Notes under the pieces: generated by a model
Told to the model about the DNA's origin: nothing
Seen by the model: the letters and a program-made list of their open reading frames with translations, nothing else
Databases searched by the model: none
Assembly (NCBI GenBank): GCA_031292305.1
Contig: JARLHJ010000012.1
Span: forward strand, 1-64,000
DNA: 64,000 nucleotides
From: Candidatus Babeliales bacterium
Lineage (GTDB): Bacteria > Babelota > Babeliae > Babelales > JABDEC01
Reading direction: 5' to 3'
Program-made: the position numbers and the translations under genes
Part shown: piece after piece, positions 36,921 through 47,913 of the stretch
Position numbering within the stretch: position 1 is the first letter of the stretch
Layout: every line of letters starts with the position of its first letter

Positions 36921-37967
36921 ATGACGTATAGCTTTCCATCAATTTTTTCTCAAAAACTATCATGTAGTGTAATAACAGGTTCTGTTATAAAAACTATTTA
37001 TGGTGATTTTGAGATTCAAGAGCAAGTGTTAATAGATTTATTAAATAGTGCTGCAGTGCAACGTCTTAAAAAAATTCGCCAAGGCGGAATGACAGACTAT
37101 GTTTTTAAAGAAATAGACTATTCACGCTATGACCATTCTGTTGGCGTTTTAGTTATTTTAATGAAATTTAAAGCAAGCTTAAATGAGCGCATTGCAGGGT
37201 TGTTGCATGATGTTTCGCATACGGCATTTTCACATGTTGCTGATGTAGTATTTAATCATAGAGATGAAAAAGAATCTTACCAAGATGCAATTCATGAATG
37301 GTATATTCAAAATACTGATATTCCAGAAATTTTAAAACGTTATAATATATCTGTAAAAGAAATTTTACATAAAACAAATGACTTTAAAGCTTTAGAACAA
37401 GATTTGCCTGATTTGTGTGCTGATAGGCTTGAGTATAATTTACATACGGCATATTTGAACGGCATGTTGACTCAAGAAGATATAAGCGCAATTTTAAGTG
37501 ATTTAACTTTTTTTGATGGCAAATGGTTTTTTAATAGCATAGAAATAGCAACACAGTTTGCATCAGTCCCTTTAAAACTTAATCAAAGCTATTGGGCGCT
37601 AGAAGTAAATTTATATGTATATTATTTTGCAGGCAAACTTTTACGACGTGCATTAGAATTAAATATTATTACGCATGACGATTTTCATTTTAAAGATGAT
37701 TATTTTATTTTAGAAAAATTGGATGAAAGTAGTGATACAGAAATTCAAGATTTAATGTCTAAAATTTTTAATTTTCAAGATCATTATAAATTAGGTTCAT
37801 TTTCTGATTCTGATCTGTTTTTAAAGGGCAAATTCCGTGGAATTAACCCTTTAATTAAATGCGATTCTGAGTTTAAAAGACTTTGTGATGTTAATAATGA
37901 ATTTAAGATTGAATTTGCTAATGTTAAAGCAAAACTTTCACAAGGCTTTTTCTTTAAGTTTCTTTAA
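36921..37967 (+). CDS. HD-domain metal-dependent phosphohydrolase
   Basis: …YDHSVGV… and …AGLLHDVSHTAFSH… are HD-domain metal-binding motifs of the H…HD…H type, resembling dNTP-triphosphohydrolase-like HD domains. It is shorter than Dgt. Confidence 0.55.
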   Translation: MTYSFPSIFSQKLSCSVITGSVIKTIYGDFEIQEQVLIDLLNSAAVQRLKKIRQGGMTDYVFKEIDYSRYDHSVGVLVILMKFKASLNERIAGLLHDVSHTAFSHVADVVFNHRDEKESYQDAIHEWYIQNTDIPEILKRYNISVKEILHKTNDFKALEQDLPDLCADRLEYNLHTAYLNGMLTQEDISAILSDLTFFDGKWFFNSIEIATQFASVPLKLNQSYWALEVNLYVYYFAGKLLRRALELNIITHDDFHFKDDYFILEKLDESSDTEIQDLMSKIFNFQDHYKLGSFSDSDLFLKGKFRGINPLIKCDSEFKRLCDVNNEFKIEFANVKAKLSQGFFFKFL

Positions 37968-39415
37968 TAGCATCTATCAAAAATTTCAACTGATCCTTTA
38001 TTGGATATAATCGCTAATCTATCATCTGAAGATGAGAAAGCATAACTTGATATATTATTCAAATGGTGTTCAATTAATTCATCATTTAGTGATTCTAACT
38101 GCTTAGGTAAATTTTGTTGATTACTAATAAATTGCGATTGAGAAGAAATTGCTTTGAAAGTATTTGTTGAAAGAATATAATCAAATTCACCTAAACGTCT
38201 TGTATATCCTGGTCTATATATTGTACCATCAGTAGAAGGACAGTTACCACCTGGCGTATGTTGAAAACCACGCATTTTGATAATTAATTCTGACTCATTT
38301 TCGTTGAATTTAATAGATTCAATATTTAAAAAAAAGTATTCACTAAAAGTATTTATCCAATTAATCAAAGTTCCTGGCAATAATGACAATTTCTGATCTG
38401 TTTTCAAAGAATCGTATTCAATATTGCCGATATCCATAAGGAATATTACCTCAAAATTATTGTTCCAAATGTTAATACTATGTTTATTGTATGCGAGCAA
38501 AAATCTTTCTTTTGGTGACCATAATAAAATATTTTTTCCATGACCTTTTACACTTTCATCAAACTTATCATCAATAGCATTCAAAATAATTTTACCTTCA
38601 TATTTACCGGGCTCTAAATAGCTTGAAACAATACCAGAAAAATCATTTGAGAAATGATAATTGTCTCTTTCAAGCAAATTAATAGCATTATTAATCAAAA
38701 CTGAGCGGGTTCTAGAAATTTGCTTATATTGTTGTATTTTCTTAAGCTCTTTTAATGCTTGACCAATTTTATTATCATTTAATTTTCGAATTATTTGATC
38801 TAAAATTAACTGTGTCCATTTTGATTCATAACCCAGGTAATCCCGTATTATTTTTAATAAATAAATTGCTTTTGGTACATCGAGCGCCTTATAATCAGAT
38901 TCTATCCCGTTAGATATTTTTGCTGCAATCGCTTTTATAATTTGTGAAATATCATTTATGCATTCATCTAATTGGTCTTTTATATCATTACTCAGATCAG
39001 CAAATTTTATTTTAATATTTTTTAAAATCTCAAAAGCATTGTCAAATTGATAGTTGTTAATGTAAAGCTTTGATTTGTTAAATAATATTTTTAAATCATG
39101 ATAAGGAGTATTAGATTCTACTGAATTTAAATTCAGTAGAATCTTTGTTCTTAAATTACCAATAAATAAATTTATGCTCTCATTACTTGCACAACTAATC
39201 GAGCTTGAAGAGCTACTAGGACTTGAATAATTATTTTCTTTACATTCCTGAGCTGAACATAAGTTTGTAAAAATTAACAGAATAATTATAAAAATATTTT
39301 CAATTGATCCTAAGCTGAGATCTCTGAAGGCGTTTTTTTTAAATTTAATTAAATTTTTATTCAGGATCATCATGAAATACAGGTTCGGGAATATCTTCTT
39401 CAAGTAATAAATCAA
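37964..39415 (-). CDS. Hypothetical membrane-anchored/secreted protein (up to 483 aa)
   Basis: N-terminal hydrophobic segment and a Ser-rich stretch. No recognisable domain. The 5' end overlaps the next gene, so the true start is probably an internal Met. Confidence 0.4.
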   Translation of the reverse strand: MIYYLKKIFPNLYFMMILNKNLIKFKKNAFRDLSLGSIENIFIIILLIFTNLCSAQECKENNYSSPSSSSSSISCASNESINLFIGNLRTKILLNLNSVESNTPYHDLKILFNKSKLYINNYQFDNAFEILKNIKIKFADLSNDIKDQLDECINDISQIIKAIAAKISNGIESDYKALDVPKAIYLLKIIRDYLGYESKWTQLILDQIIRKLNDNKIGQALKELKKIQQYKQISRTRSVLINNAINLLERDNYHFSNDFSGIVSSYLEPGKYEGKIILNAIDDKFDESVKGHGKNILLWSPKERFLLAYNKHSINIWNNNFEVIFLMDIGNIEYDSLKTDQKLSLLPGTLINWINTFSEYFFLNIESIKFNENESELIIKMRGFQHTPGGNCPSTDGTIYRPGYTRRLGEFDYILSTNTFKAISSQSQFISNQQNLPKQLESLNDELIEHHLNNISSYAFSSSDDRLAIISNKGSVEIFDRCY

Positions 39416-39716
39416 TTTTATTTTCCAGCATTGAAATTTGTTGTCTTAATTTGAGATTAAGAGCTTCTAATTGAAGTTTTTGTTGATTTAATTCAAGATT
39501 TTGATTTTGTAGTAGGTGAAAATTATTTAATAATTCTTGGTGTTTCGCATATAGATTATTAAACTCTTGGGAATTATTTTGATATGAATTGCGTGCCCCT
39601 CTTGAATGTAAATAGATCTCGTGCCCAGGCTCTAGGCCTTCCGTGCCCACTATAGTGCCAAAACAAGTATTTATATTTATTAAACAAAGTGCTATTAACA
39701 TTTTATATTTATTCAT
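39357..39716 (-). CDS. Hypothetical secreted coiled-coil protein (119 aa)
   Basis: Signal peptide, then Q/L/N-rich heptad-like repeats. Confidence 0.35.
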   Translation of the reverse strand: MNKYKMLIALCLININTCFGTIVGTEGLEPGHEIYLHSRGARNSYQNNSQEFNNLYAKHQELLNNFHLLQNQNLELNQQKLQLEALNLKLRQQISMLENKIDLLLEEDIPEPVFHDDPE

Positions 39717-39723
39717 GATTTTC

Positions 39724-42174
39724 CTATTGCTTCACGACAAAACTAATTATTTTATCTTTAACAAATATCACTTTAACAACTTCTTTTCCTTCAAGCCATT
39801 TAGCAATTTCTTGTCTTGCAAGTTCTTCAACTTCTTTTTGTTCAGAACCAGGCTTAACTTTAAGGTCAGCACGTAACTTGCCGTTAACTTGTACAGCAAT
39901 AGTAGCAAAATCGTCGACTGTTAATGCAGGGTCATAAGTTGGCCAGGTGCAATCTTTTAATTGTTTTGCAAAGAGGGTTTCTAGCAATTCACTAGACAGA
40001 TGCGGTGCCATTGCCGATAGGCAAACTATTAATTGTTCTAAGTTGGTTTTGCCAAGTTTTAATTGTCCAGAACTCATGTCATTCAAGAATTCCATGAATG
40101 CAGAAATTGCAGTGTTAGGTTTAAATAAATTTAAACGTTCTTGGTAATCGCGTAAGAATTTATGGAATCTTTTTTTAGCTTCTAGGCTCTCATCTGAATC
40201 AGTAACATTTGCTGAATCCACACAGAAGTTCCAGAATCTATTTAAGAATCGCTTAATACCTTCAAGGCCAGCATCTTGCCATTCGCAATCTAATTCAGGT
40301 GGTCCCATAAATAAGATGTACATCCGCAATGCATCAGAGCCATAAGCTTTAATAATATCATCAGGGTTAACAACGTTACCCTTAGATTTAGACATCTTTT
40401 CAACAAGGCCTGTTTTATCTGAATATTTAAGCACCATGCCTTGGTTAAATAATTGTGTAAAAGGTTCATCAAATTCTAAATGTCCAAGATCATGCAGAAC
40501 TTTAACATAAAAGCGTGAATATAACAGATGTAAAATTGCATGTTCAATACCACCTACATATAAATCTACCGGGAGCCAATATTGCATATCGCGTTTGTCA
40601 AATGCTGCAGTTGTTAAATGTGGGTTTGGATACCTTAAGAAATACCAACAAGAACCAGCCCATTGTGGCATGGTATTAGTTTCACGTTTAGCAGGGCCAC
40701 CACATTTTGGGCATGTTGTATTAACCCATGAATCAATTCCCGCTAATGGAGATTCACCAGTTCCGGTTGGTTGATATTTTTCAACTTGTGGCAATGTAAC
40801 AGGTAGCTGATTTTCAGGCACGGGCACTACACCATCTTTTGGGCAATGAACTAATGGAATTGGCTCTCCCCAATAACGTTGGCGAGAAAATATCCAATCG
40901 CGTAATTTATACTGTGTCTTTTTAATAGCAAGGTCTTTTTGAACGCAATGATTAGCGATTTCATTACGTACTGATCCTGCTTTTTTGCCAGCAAAAATTC
41001 CTGGCTCTGTTAAGATTCCATTTTGCATATCTGTGTAACAGACTTCTAGATTGCGTATTTTTTCTCTTAGTTCTAAATCTTCTGGAAACAATACAGTCTT
41101 TAAAGGAATGCCATATTGTTTTGCAAATTTAAAGTCACGTTCATCATGAGCAGAACATTTTACAATCCCGGTACCGTAATCTTTAAGAACATAATTTGCT
41201 ACCCAAATTTGTAGCTCACCATTCCCAACTGGATCAATAATATATTGCCCAGTAAAAACACCCATAGGTGTGCTTACAGATTCTGGGTCTTTAGCGCGTT
41301 GTGCTATAATTTGCTTGCAAACTTCTAGAACTACATCTTTTTTTTCATAATTTTTAATTAATTCAGGTAAAAGTTCGTGATCGGGTGCAATAACCACAAA
41401 TGTGTCAGCTTTATAAGCTTCAAAGTGTGTTGAATAAGTTTGTATTATTAAATTACTATTTTTGACTGGGGCTGAAAATAATAAACCTTCTGATTTGCCA
41501 ATCCAGTTACGTTGCATTGTTTTAACTTTTTCAGGCCACAGGGGAAGTCTATCCAGGCCTTCAAGTAGTTTTTCTGCATAGTCAGTGATTTTTAATATCC
41601 ATTGTCTAACTTTTTTTTCAATAACTTGCGTTCCACAACGTTCGCATTTGCCATTTATAACCTCTTCATTTGCAAGCCCGGTCAAATCATGTGGACACCA
41701 ATTAATAGATGCATCAGCTTGATAAGCAAGACCAGCATTAAACATTTGCAGAAATATCCATTGTGTCCATTTATAATAGTCAGGATCAGTAGTATTTACT
41801 TCTTTATCCCAATCGTAAATGGCACCAATTTCTTGAAGTTGTTTTTTGAAATTTGCGATATTAGCTTGTGTGCCTATTTCCGGGTGAATCCCTTTTTTAA
41901 TTGCGTCATTTTCAGCAGGTAGGCCAAATGCGTCCCAGCCCATTGGATGCAAAACATTATAATTTTCTAACCATTTAATACGGGCATAAACATCAGATAG
42001 TGTATAACCTCTCCAGTGGCCCACATGCAACCCAGAACCTGAAGGGTATGGAAACATATCTAGGCAGTAATATTTTTTGCCACTATCTGTAGGCCGAGTT
42101 TTAAATGGATTTTTTTGCCAGTTTTCTTGCCACTTTTTTTCAATTTTAGAAAAATCATAAATCATAAAGTTCAC
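39724..42174 (-). CDS. leuS: Leucyl-tRNA synthetase
   Basis: P(Y)PSGxxLHVGHW HIGH-type motif (…[17 protein letters not shown]…), KMSKS motif (…KMSKSKGN…), editing CP1 domain and anticodon-binding C-terminus. 816 aa. Confidence 0.95.
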   Translation of the reverse strand: MNFMIYDFSKIEKKWQENWQKNPFKTRPTDSGKKYYCLDMFPYPSGSGLHVGHWRGYTLSDVYARIKWLENYNVLHPMGWDAFGLPAENDAIKKGIHPEIGTQANIANFKKQLQEIGAIYDWDKEVNTTDPDYYKWTQWIFLQMFNAGLAYQADASINWCPHDLTGLANEEVINGKCERCGTQVIEKKVRQWILKITDYAEKLLEGLDRLPLWPEKVKTMQRNWIGKSEGLLFSAPVKNSNLIIQTYSTHFEAYKADTFVVIAPDHELLPELIKNYEKKDVVLEVCKQIIAQRAKDPESVSTPMGVFTGQYIIDPVGNGELQIWVANYVLKDYGTGIVKCSAHDERDFKFAKQYGIPLKTVLFPEDLELREKIRNLEVCYTDMQNGILTEPGIFAGKKAGSVRNEIANHCVQKDLAIKKTQYKLRDWIFSRQRYWGEPIPLVHCPKDGVVPVPENQLPVTLPQVEKYQPTGTGESPLAGIDSWVNTTCPKCGGPAKRETNTMPQWAGSCWYFLRYPNPHLTTAAFDKRDMQYWLPVDLYVGGIEHAILHLLYSRFYVKVLHDLGHLEFDEPFTQLFNQGMVLKYSDKTGLVEKMSKSKGNVVNPDDIIKAYGSDALRMYILFMGPPELDCEWQDAGLEGIKRFLNRFWNFCVDSANVTDSDESLEAKKRFHKFLRDYQERLNLFKPNTAISAFMEFLNDMSSGQLKLGKTNLEQLIVCLSAMAPHLSSELLETLFAKQLKDCTWPTYDPALTVDDFATIAVQVNGKLRADLKVKPGSEQKEVEELARQEIAKWLEGKEVVKVIFVKDKIISFVVKQ

Positions 42175-42284
42175 CTAGAATATGTTTTTTGTCTTAGCTT
42201 TTATATTAATTTTATCTCAATATCTTATTTTTTGCAAAGTAGCTTTGATAGGGTAAAGATGCTTGCAAAATTAAGAAGGAACTA

Positions 42285-43511
42285 ATGAAGAATTTTATTT
42301 TATTTTTTATTATTAATTTAGTTATAAACTGTTATGCAATTGTTGAGATCCAGGCTTCGCATTTGGCAAACCCCCCAATTGGAACAAAAGTCGCAAGAAA
42401 AAAAATTTTAGTTTTAAGCACAAAAGGAGGTGGCGGGAATACTTGCGCTGCCAATGCTGTTGCTAGTTATCTTGAAAAAGATTATGACATTACTGTAGTT
42501 AATGTAATTTGTGATGTATTTGGATGCTGTAATTCTTTAAAGCCATTCTCATATGCGGAAGACTGCTATAATTTTTTATTAAAACATAGATGCAACTTTT
42601 TAATTAATTTTTACAATTATTGTGGGTTATTTACTTTTAAGTTACTTAAAACAGTTTTAACAAATGTATTATATACTTATATTAAAAGTCATAAGTTTGA
42701 TATGTTAATTTCTATGACACAGTATATAAACGGGGTAGCTCTAGATGCTGCAAAAAAATTAGATATTCCATTTCTAGTTATTACGACTGATTTAAATACG
42801 GCGACATTTGCACATGATATTTCTGATCCAAATTATAAAAAATTTAATTATCTTTTGCCATTTGAAGATGAGCTATTAACTGATAAAATTGCATTCGCTA
42901 AAATACCAAAAGATAAAATAAAATTCATTGGTTATCCATTAAGAGAAGATTTTTTTGAATGCAAAGATGCAAATGAAATTAAGAAAAAATGGGGCATTCC
43001 TACAAATAAACCTATTGCTATGGTACTAATGGGATCTATTGGTTCGACGGCAACTTTTATGTATGCATATAGGTTGTCAAAATATAAAAAGCCATTGCAT
43101 ATAATTATTTGTCTGGGTAAGGGTGAGTGGCTACGTGAAAAAATTAAAAGAATTAAATTTCCACCACATATAACTGTTTCACTGGTGGGCTTTACAAATA
43201 AAATCTCTGATTTGATGGCAGTCTCAGATGTACTTATAACAAAAACAGGATCCCATTCTGTTTGTGAAGCAATGCAATCAAAAGTTCCATTAATACTAGA
43301 TTCAATTAATCCAAGCCTTGAATGGGAAGATTTAAATCCTGTATATATAGACAAGCATCAATTTGGAGAAAACTTAACCGATTACCAAGATATTTATGAT
43401 TGGTTGGATAAAGTTTTAAAAGATAAAAAATATAAAGATAATTTATTATCACAACGCGTATATAATTTCTCTCATGAATTAAAGAAATTGATTTCAGGTT
43501 TTTTTGATTAA
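42285..43511 (+). CDS. GT28-family glycosyltransferase (MGDG-synthase/UgtP-like)
   Basis: N-terminal …KKILVLSTKGGGGNTCAANAV… resembles the Gly-rich N-terminal motif of MGDG synthase / diacylglycerol glycosyltransferases. The C-terminal GT-B half includes …VLITKTGSHSVCEAM…. Confidence 0.55.
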   Translation: MKNFILFFIINLVINCYAIVEIQASHLANPPIGTKVARKKILVLSTKGGGGNTCAANAVASYLEKDYDITVVNVICDVFGCCNSLKPFSYAEDCYNFLLKHRCNFLINFYNYCGLFTFKLLKTVLTNVLYTYIKSHKFDMLISMTQYINGVALDAAKKLDIPFLVITTDLNTATFAHDISDPNYKKFNYLLPFEDELLTDKIAFAKIPKDKIKFIGYPLREDFFECKDANEIKKKWGIPTNKPIAMVLMGSIGSTATFMYAYRLSKYKKPLHIIICLGKGEWLREKIKRIKFPPHITVSLVGFTNKISDLMAVSDVLITKTGSHSVCEAMQSKVPLILDSINPSLEWEDLNPVYIDKHQFGENLTDYQDIYDWLDKVLKDKKYKDNLLSQRVYNFSHELKKLISGFFD

Positions 43512-43652
43512 TTTTGCTTGTTATTTTTTTTAAGATGAACTAACTTGTGTAAGTATTAAAAAAAAATTTGCGATGGATGAAGGTAGAAGATTTGAAGCGG
43601 CCTTGGGTTAAAAACCAGGGCTTTAATTTTTTAACCAATTAAGGATTATTAT

Positions 43653-44276
43653 ATGCAAACATCCACAACAGAAAATATACCAACTACTACGAAAAATGAT
43701 GAATTGATTTTAGTAGTTAAAAGAGAATCTTTATTTGATTCTCAAGAGGCCTTTCAAGGTGTTCAAGAAATAGATTTTCAAAGTTATTCAGCTTTAATTA
43801 AAAGCAACCAAGAATTTTTGCCACGTTCTGTAATGGAACAAGATTTTAAATATAAACAAATTATTCCCTACTTAGTTTTTACATATAATAATAAATTGTT
43901 CATGATGCAGCGTCAGGCTAAAGCATCTGAAACTAGACTTGCAAATAAATATACATTAGGCATTGGTGGCCATATAAGACAAGAAGATATGTCTAGTGAT
44001 TCTATAATTGACTGGGCTAAGCGTGAATTTTATGAAGAAGTTGATTATAAAGGCAATTTAGATATTCAGGCTATTGGCGTTTTAAATGATGATTCTAATG
44101 ATGTTGGAAAAGTGCATCTTGGTTTTATATTTTTATTAAAAGGCGATTCTGGATTAATTCGTGTTAAAGAAGAATTAAAAAGCGGAGAGCTTTTATCTTT
44201 TGCTGAATGTGAACTTTATTATGAAAAAATGGAAACCTGGAGTCAGATGGTTTTTGATTTTTTAAAAAATAGATAA
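43653..44276 (+). CDS. Possible Nudix-family hydrolase with an extended Nudix-box loop
   Basis: …GIGGHIRQE-(12 aa)-REFYEEVDY… fits G(x5)E…RE(x2)EE with a longer spacer. Confidence 0.35.
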   Translation: MQTSTTENIPTTTKNDELILVVKRESLFDSQEAFQGVQEIDFQSYSALIKSNQEFLPRSVMEQDFKYKQIIPYLVFTYNNKLFMMQRQAKASETRLANKYTLGIGGHIRQEDMSSDSIIDWAKREFYEEVDYKGNLDIQAIGVLNDDSNDVGKVHLGFIFLLKGDSGLIRVKEELKSGELLSFAECELYYEKMETWSQMVFDFLKNR

Positions 44277-44348
44277 TTAAAAATAATCAATAAAAAAATG
44301 AGAGAAAACTAGCTAAAGTTTTCTCTCATTTTGATTAAAGTTACCATG

Positions 44349-45311
44349 TTATAGTTTAAAATTTTCTTTTTCTAAAGTTATTTTTTCCCACATTGTTACG
44401 GTTCCATCTTTATAAGCTGCAGCTAAAAATTGTTCATCAGATGTATGTGATATCGAGTTAAGGGTAATTGAAAGATCATTAAATAATTTTTTTATAATAA
44501 AATTATATTCATAATAAACTAGAGTATTAAATGTTGGTTCATTTGAAATATAACATTCTGAATGTTGTGTTTGAGGTTTTGCCCAAAGTAAAAAATCTAC
44601 TTTATTAACAGTAGATTTAAAGATTGTTAATTTTTTAGTTTTTAATTCACATATTCTAATTGTGTTATCTATTGCAATAGTACCTAAAAATAAAGAATCA
44701 TCTGACCAGGTGATTGACCTAATAGGTAAAGGCATTTTAACTTCTTTAATTTTTTTTTCTGATGAAATATCCCAAATTATTATCTTATTATTATAAGAAG
44801 ATGCTAATTGTGAATTATCAGGTGACCATGCAATAGCATAAGTAAATCCTTCGAAATCCTTTAAAAATTTATGTTTATCCAGTTGCAGATTAATTTTATC
44901 AAGTTTTAAAATTAATATAGAATTAATGCCTCCAATAGCTAATCTATTATCAGAAGACCATTTTAAATATTTAATAACATACTTGGAGTTATTTTCAAAA
45001 ATTAAATCCAAATCAGTTATTATTTCTCCTTTTGTGTCAGATATTTTAATTACCCCATCTTGCCCCCCTGAAGCTAGTAGATCATTATTTGACCAGTCTA
45101 CACAATTAACTTGTGATTCATGCTTCAATGTTGAAATTTTTCTATATGTATATGCTGGGTGTTTATAATTTCGTTCTTTTAATTGTTTATAAATATCATC
45201 TCGCTCTTTTACGGCAACATTTAATTGTTTAAAAGCATCTACAGTAGAAATATCAGCGCTTTTAAGCGTAATACACAAAGTTAATAGAAGAAGAATAATT
45301 ATTTGTTTCAT
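44349..45311 (-). CDS. Secreted WD40-repeat protein (320 aa)
   Basis: Signal peptide. The repeat …NCVDWSNNDLLASGGQDGVIKISD… and others ending in WD/WE-like dipeptides. Confidence 0.6.
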   Translation of the reverse strand: MKQIIILLLLTLCITLKSADISTVDAFKQLNVAVKERDDIYKQLKERNYKHPAYTYRKISTLKHESQVNCVDWSNNDLLASGGQDGVIKISDTKGEIITDLDLIFENNSKYVIKYLKWSSDNRLAIGGINSILILKLDKINLQLDKHKFLKDFEGFTYAIAWSPDNSQLASSYNNKIIIWDISSEKKIKEVKMPLPIRSITWSDDSLFLGTIAIDNTIRICELKTKKLTIFKSTVNKVDFLLWAKPQTQHSECYISNEPTFNTLVYYEYNFIIKKLFNDLSITLNSISHTSDEQFLAAAYKDGTVTMWEKITLEKENFKL

Positions 45312-45568
45312 GAATTTCCTAACTAGAAAGGTTGAGGTTTCAATTTAATAATATAGAGTTGATAAAAATTGTCAATTTATTTCAGTTAGTATATTTGACT
45401 TGATCTTGAAATTCACTTTTATTATTTGATATAAGAAGATGTTGGGAATAAAATTAAATAATGGGCGCATTCATATAATAATATTATAATAATAACAATT
45501 TATATTTTATACTTCTCGCCAGTTCGCAACTATGGAGATAGCTAAGCGAACTAGTAAAGATGTTAATT

Positions 45569-45997
45569 TTAATTTTCAACTTCTTCTAAATTTTCTTCTT
45601 TAATAAATTGCGTGAATAATTTGGGTAATTCTTCAAAGTTATAAAAAAAAAGTTTAAGTTTTATGCCATTATTTTTAAAAACAATAAATTCATCTTTTTT
45701 TAATGATTTGTCTTCATTTAAAAACAACTCTATAGGTAGGTTTTGTTTGGAAGAAAACGATTTAACAACTGTAGAATATGTATCATACCAAGAGAAATAA
45801 ACAGTTACTTTTCTTTCTATTTGAATGATTGTTTTGACATAAATGTGAAATTTATTGTCAGAGCTCTGCTTTGCTATAAACACAGGTTTAGCGTATTCTT
45901 CATTTAGAAAAGCATATCCTATAATTTCTGCATTTGCAGTGCCTATGAATATGATAGAATAAATAAGTAATAAGTTTTTCAAATTAAATTTCATCAT
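45569..45997 (-). CDS. Hypothetical secreted protein (142 aa)
   Basis: Signal peptide. Confidence 0.35.
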   Translation of the reverse strand: MMKFNLKNLLLIYSIIFIGTANAEIIGYAFLNEEYAKPVFIAKQSSDNKFHIYVKTIIQIERKVTVYFSWYDTYSTVVKSFSSKQNLPIELFLNEDKSLKKDEFIVFKNNGIKLKLFFYNFEELPKLFTQFIKEENLEEVEN

Positions 45998-46367
45998 CTA
46001 AATATAAATGTTCGCCAAATTTTAAATGATATTGTGATGCAACAAGTAATAATAAATCAGCAGGAAGTTCTGTAGCTCTTTTTTGAATACTGCTCATGTT
46101 AAAAAAGTTTGATTGATCTTGTTCGATCATATCTGCGTATATACACGCAATTAAAGTCATTACAGCTGTATTATTTGCTTTTTTAGCGCCTAAATAAATT
46201 TGATTAATATTTCTTTCAGTTATCTCAGCTTTTATACAAATCATAGAATCAGTTTTTTTTGATTGCTTATCAGATTTACTTTCAGAAGAATAAGCAGAAT
46301 AAATCTGGCATAACATAATGCCTAGTAATAATAATCTTTGCATTTTTTTCATAATATTCCTTTTCAA
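45984..46367 (-). CDS. Hypothetical secreted protein (127 aa)
   Basis: Signal peptide. It overlaps the downstream gene start by 14 nt. Confidence 0.35.
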   Translation of the reverse strand: MKRNIMKKMQRLLLLGIMLCQIYSAYSSESKSDKQSKKTDSMICIKAEITERNINQIYLGAKKANNTAVMTLIACIYADMIEQDQSNFFNMSSIQKRATELPADLLLLVASQYHLKFGEHLYLDDEI

Positions 46368-46457
46368 TTTAGTATTTTTATAAAATATAACCTAAGTATG
46401 CAAAAATGTCTATTTATTTCAACTAGGCAATATAAGCAGGTAGGTTTTAGGGGGGCT

Positions 46458-46844
46458 ATGAAAAGAGTTATTATATTAATTCTTTCTTTATATTTTGAAT
46501 CTCAGGCATTTGTTACAATAAATAATAGAATTGAAAAGAATATAATAGTAAAAATTTTAAATGTAGGTATCGAAACAACTATTGCCAAATTTAGCCTGCA
46601 ATCAAATGAGGGTGCCAAGCGTAATTTATATGATGATTTTGGTATTACTTGGAAACTTAAAATGTCATTTAAAATTGAAGAGATTAAGCATGAGCCAATG
46701 GTTTGTAATATTTTTAAAAAATGGACCTATGTTTTTGACATTGTCTCTGATGGAATTTATGTCACTAGAGGATATGATATAGAAATTTTGGGAGACCTGT
46801 TGGTTTTGAAGCCTGAAAAGATATTTTCTTTTAATAATCAATAA
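46458..46844 (+). CDS. Hypothetical secreted protein (128 aa from the internal Met)
   Basis: The G-rich RBS-like AGGGGGG precedes ATG 46458 (MKRVIILILSLYFESQAFV… signal peptide). The track ORF 46338..46844 probably over-extends. Confidence 0.35.
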   Translation: MKRVIILILSLYFESQAFVTINNRIEKNIIVKILNVGIETTIAKFSLQSNEGAKRNLYDDFGITWKLKMSFKIEEIKHEPMVCNIFKKWTYVFDIVSDGIYVTRGYDIEILGDLLVLKPEKIFSFNNQ

Positions 46845-46851
46845 TTTTTTA

Positions 46852-47259
46852 TCATGAAATTATACAACAATTTTTTTCAGTATTTAATATAGGCATATAC
46901 ATGTATTCTAAATAATAAATTGATTCGTTTGTTTGTAATTTATATAAATCATTATTTAACTTTAAAAGATTAACCCAACTATATGGTGTTTTTAATTTAT
47001 TATTATCAAAAAATATATTCAAAGGTAGATAACATAATAGTTTTTTATTGCTAATCATTATGTTTACAGGAACAATTAGATCGTTTTCAGGATCATTTTC
47101 TAATGAATAATTTATCTGATGCTTAGGGACGAAATATTTTTTTTTATGTTTAGATTGTCTAATTATATGTTGATTAGTTAATATTTTAATTGTTCCTAAA
47201 AATTCTTCCGAAAAGATATAATTAAAAAAAAGTAAGATTAAAAATATTTTTAATATCAT
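46852..47259 (-). CDS. Hypothetical secreted protein (135 aa)
   Basis: Signal peptide. Confidence 0.35.
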   Translation of the reverse strand: MILKIFLILLFFNYIFSEEFLGTIKILTNQHIIRQSKHKKKYFVPKHQINYSLENDPENDLIVPVNIMISNKKLLCYLPLNIFFDNNKLKTPYSWVNLLKLNNDLYKLQTNESIYYLEYMYMPILNTEKNCCIIS

Positions 47260-47367
47260 ACGCCCCTTAAATAGATTTAAGTTACTATTGCATAATTATA
47301 TATATATTTTCAATAGTTATGTTCCAATAATTATTCTTTCTTAAGAAAAAAATATAAGATAGTTAGT

Positions 47368-47901
47368 ATGAAAAATATAGGCATAGTTTTAAAAACTTTT
47401 TTTCCAATTAAGCAACAAATCTTAGTTTTAGATAGAAAACTAGGAAAGCTCTTTTTGTCGTCTAAGCATCAAAATAATTTATTGCGTTTATGCAATGGAG
47501 TAGTTTTTGAGTATAATTTAGAATCACAAAATGATAAAAATTTAATCACTGACGTAGATATTATTAGGTTTCCAAATGTAGGTGAAAATATTTTATTTTT
47601 TCATCACATTCTTGAATTGTATAATTTTTTTATTCCTATAGGATTTACATATTGCCAATTGTTTGATTCGCTTTACTCAATGTATGATTTGTTGGAGCAA
47701 GAAAATATAACAAAAAAAGAGCAAAAATTGTTTTTATATCAATTTTTTTCATTATTAGGAATGTGTCCTATTAATGAAAAAGAGTTTGGATTAAACAGTA
47801 TAGATTTGCAAGATGAAAAGTTTTTAGAAAAATGGATTAATACTTGTATTAATTCGCATCCTAACGTTAGTTTTTTAAAAACAAAGATTCCTTTTAACTA
47901 G
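47368..47901 (+). CDS. Hypothetical protein, weak RecO-like N-terminal pattern (177 aa)
   Basis: N-terminus GIVLKTFFPIKQQILVLDRKLGKLFLSSKH… loosely resembles the RecO OB-fold start. The protein is much shorter than RecO. Confidence 0.3.
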   Translation: MKNIGIVLKTFFPIKQQILVLDRKLGKLFLSSKHQNNLLRLCNGVVFEYNLESQNDKNLITDVDIIRFPNVGENILFFHHILELYNFFIPIGFTYCQLFDSLYSMYDLLEQENITKKEQKLFLYQFFSLLGMCPINEKEFGLNSIDLQDEKFLEKWINTCINSHPNVSFLKTKIPFN

Positions 47902-47913
47902 GATAAATAAATT

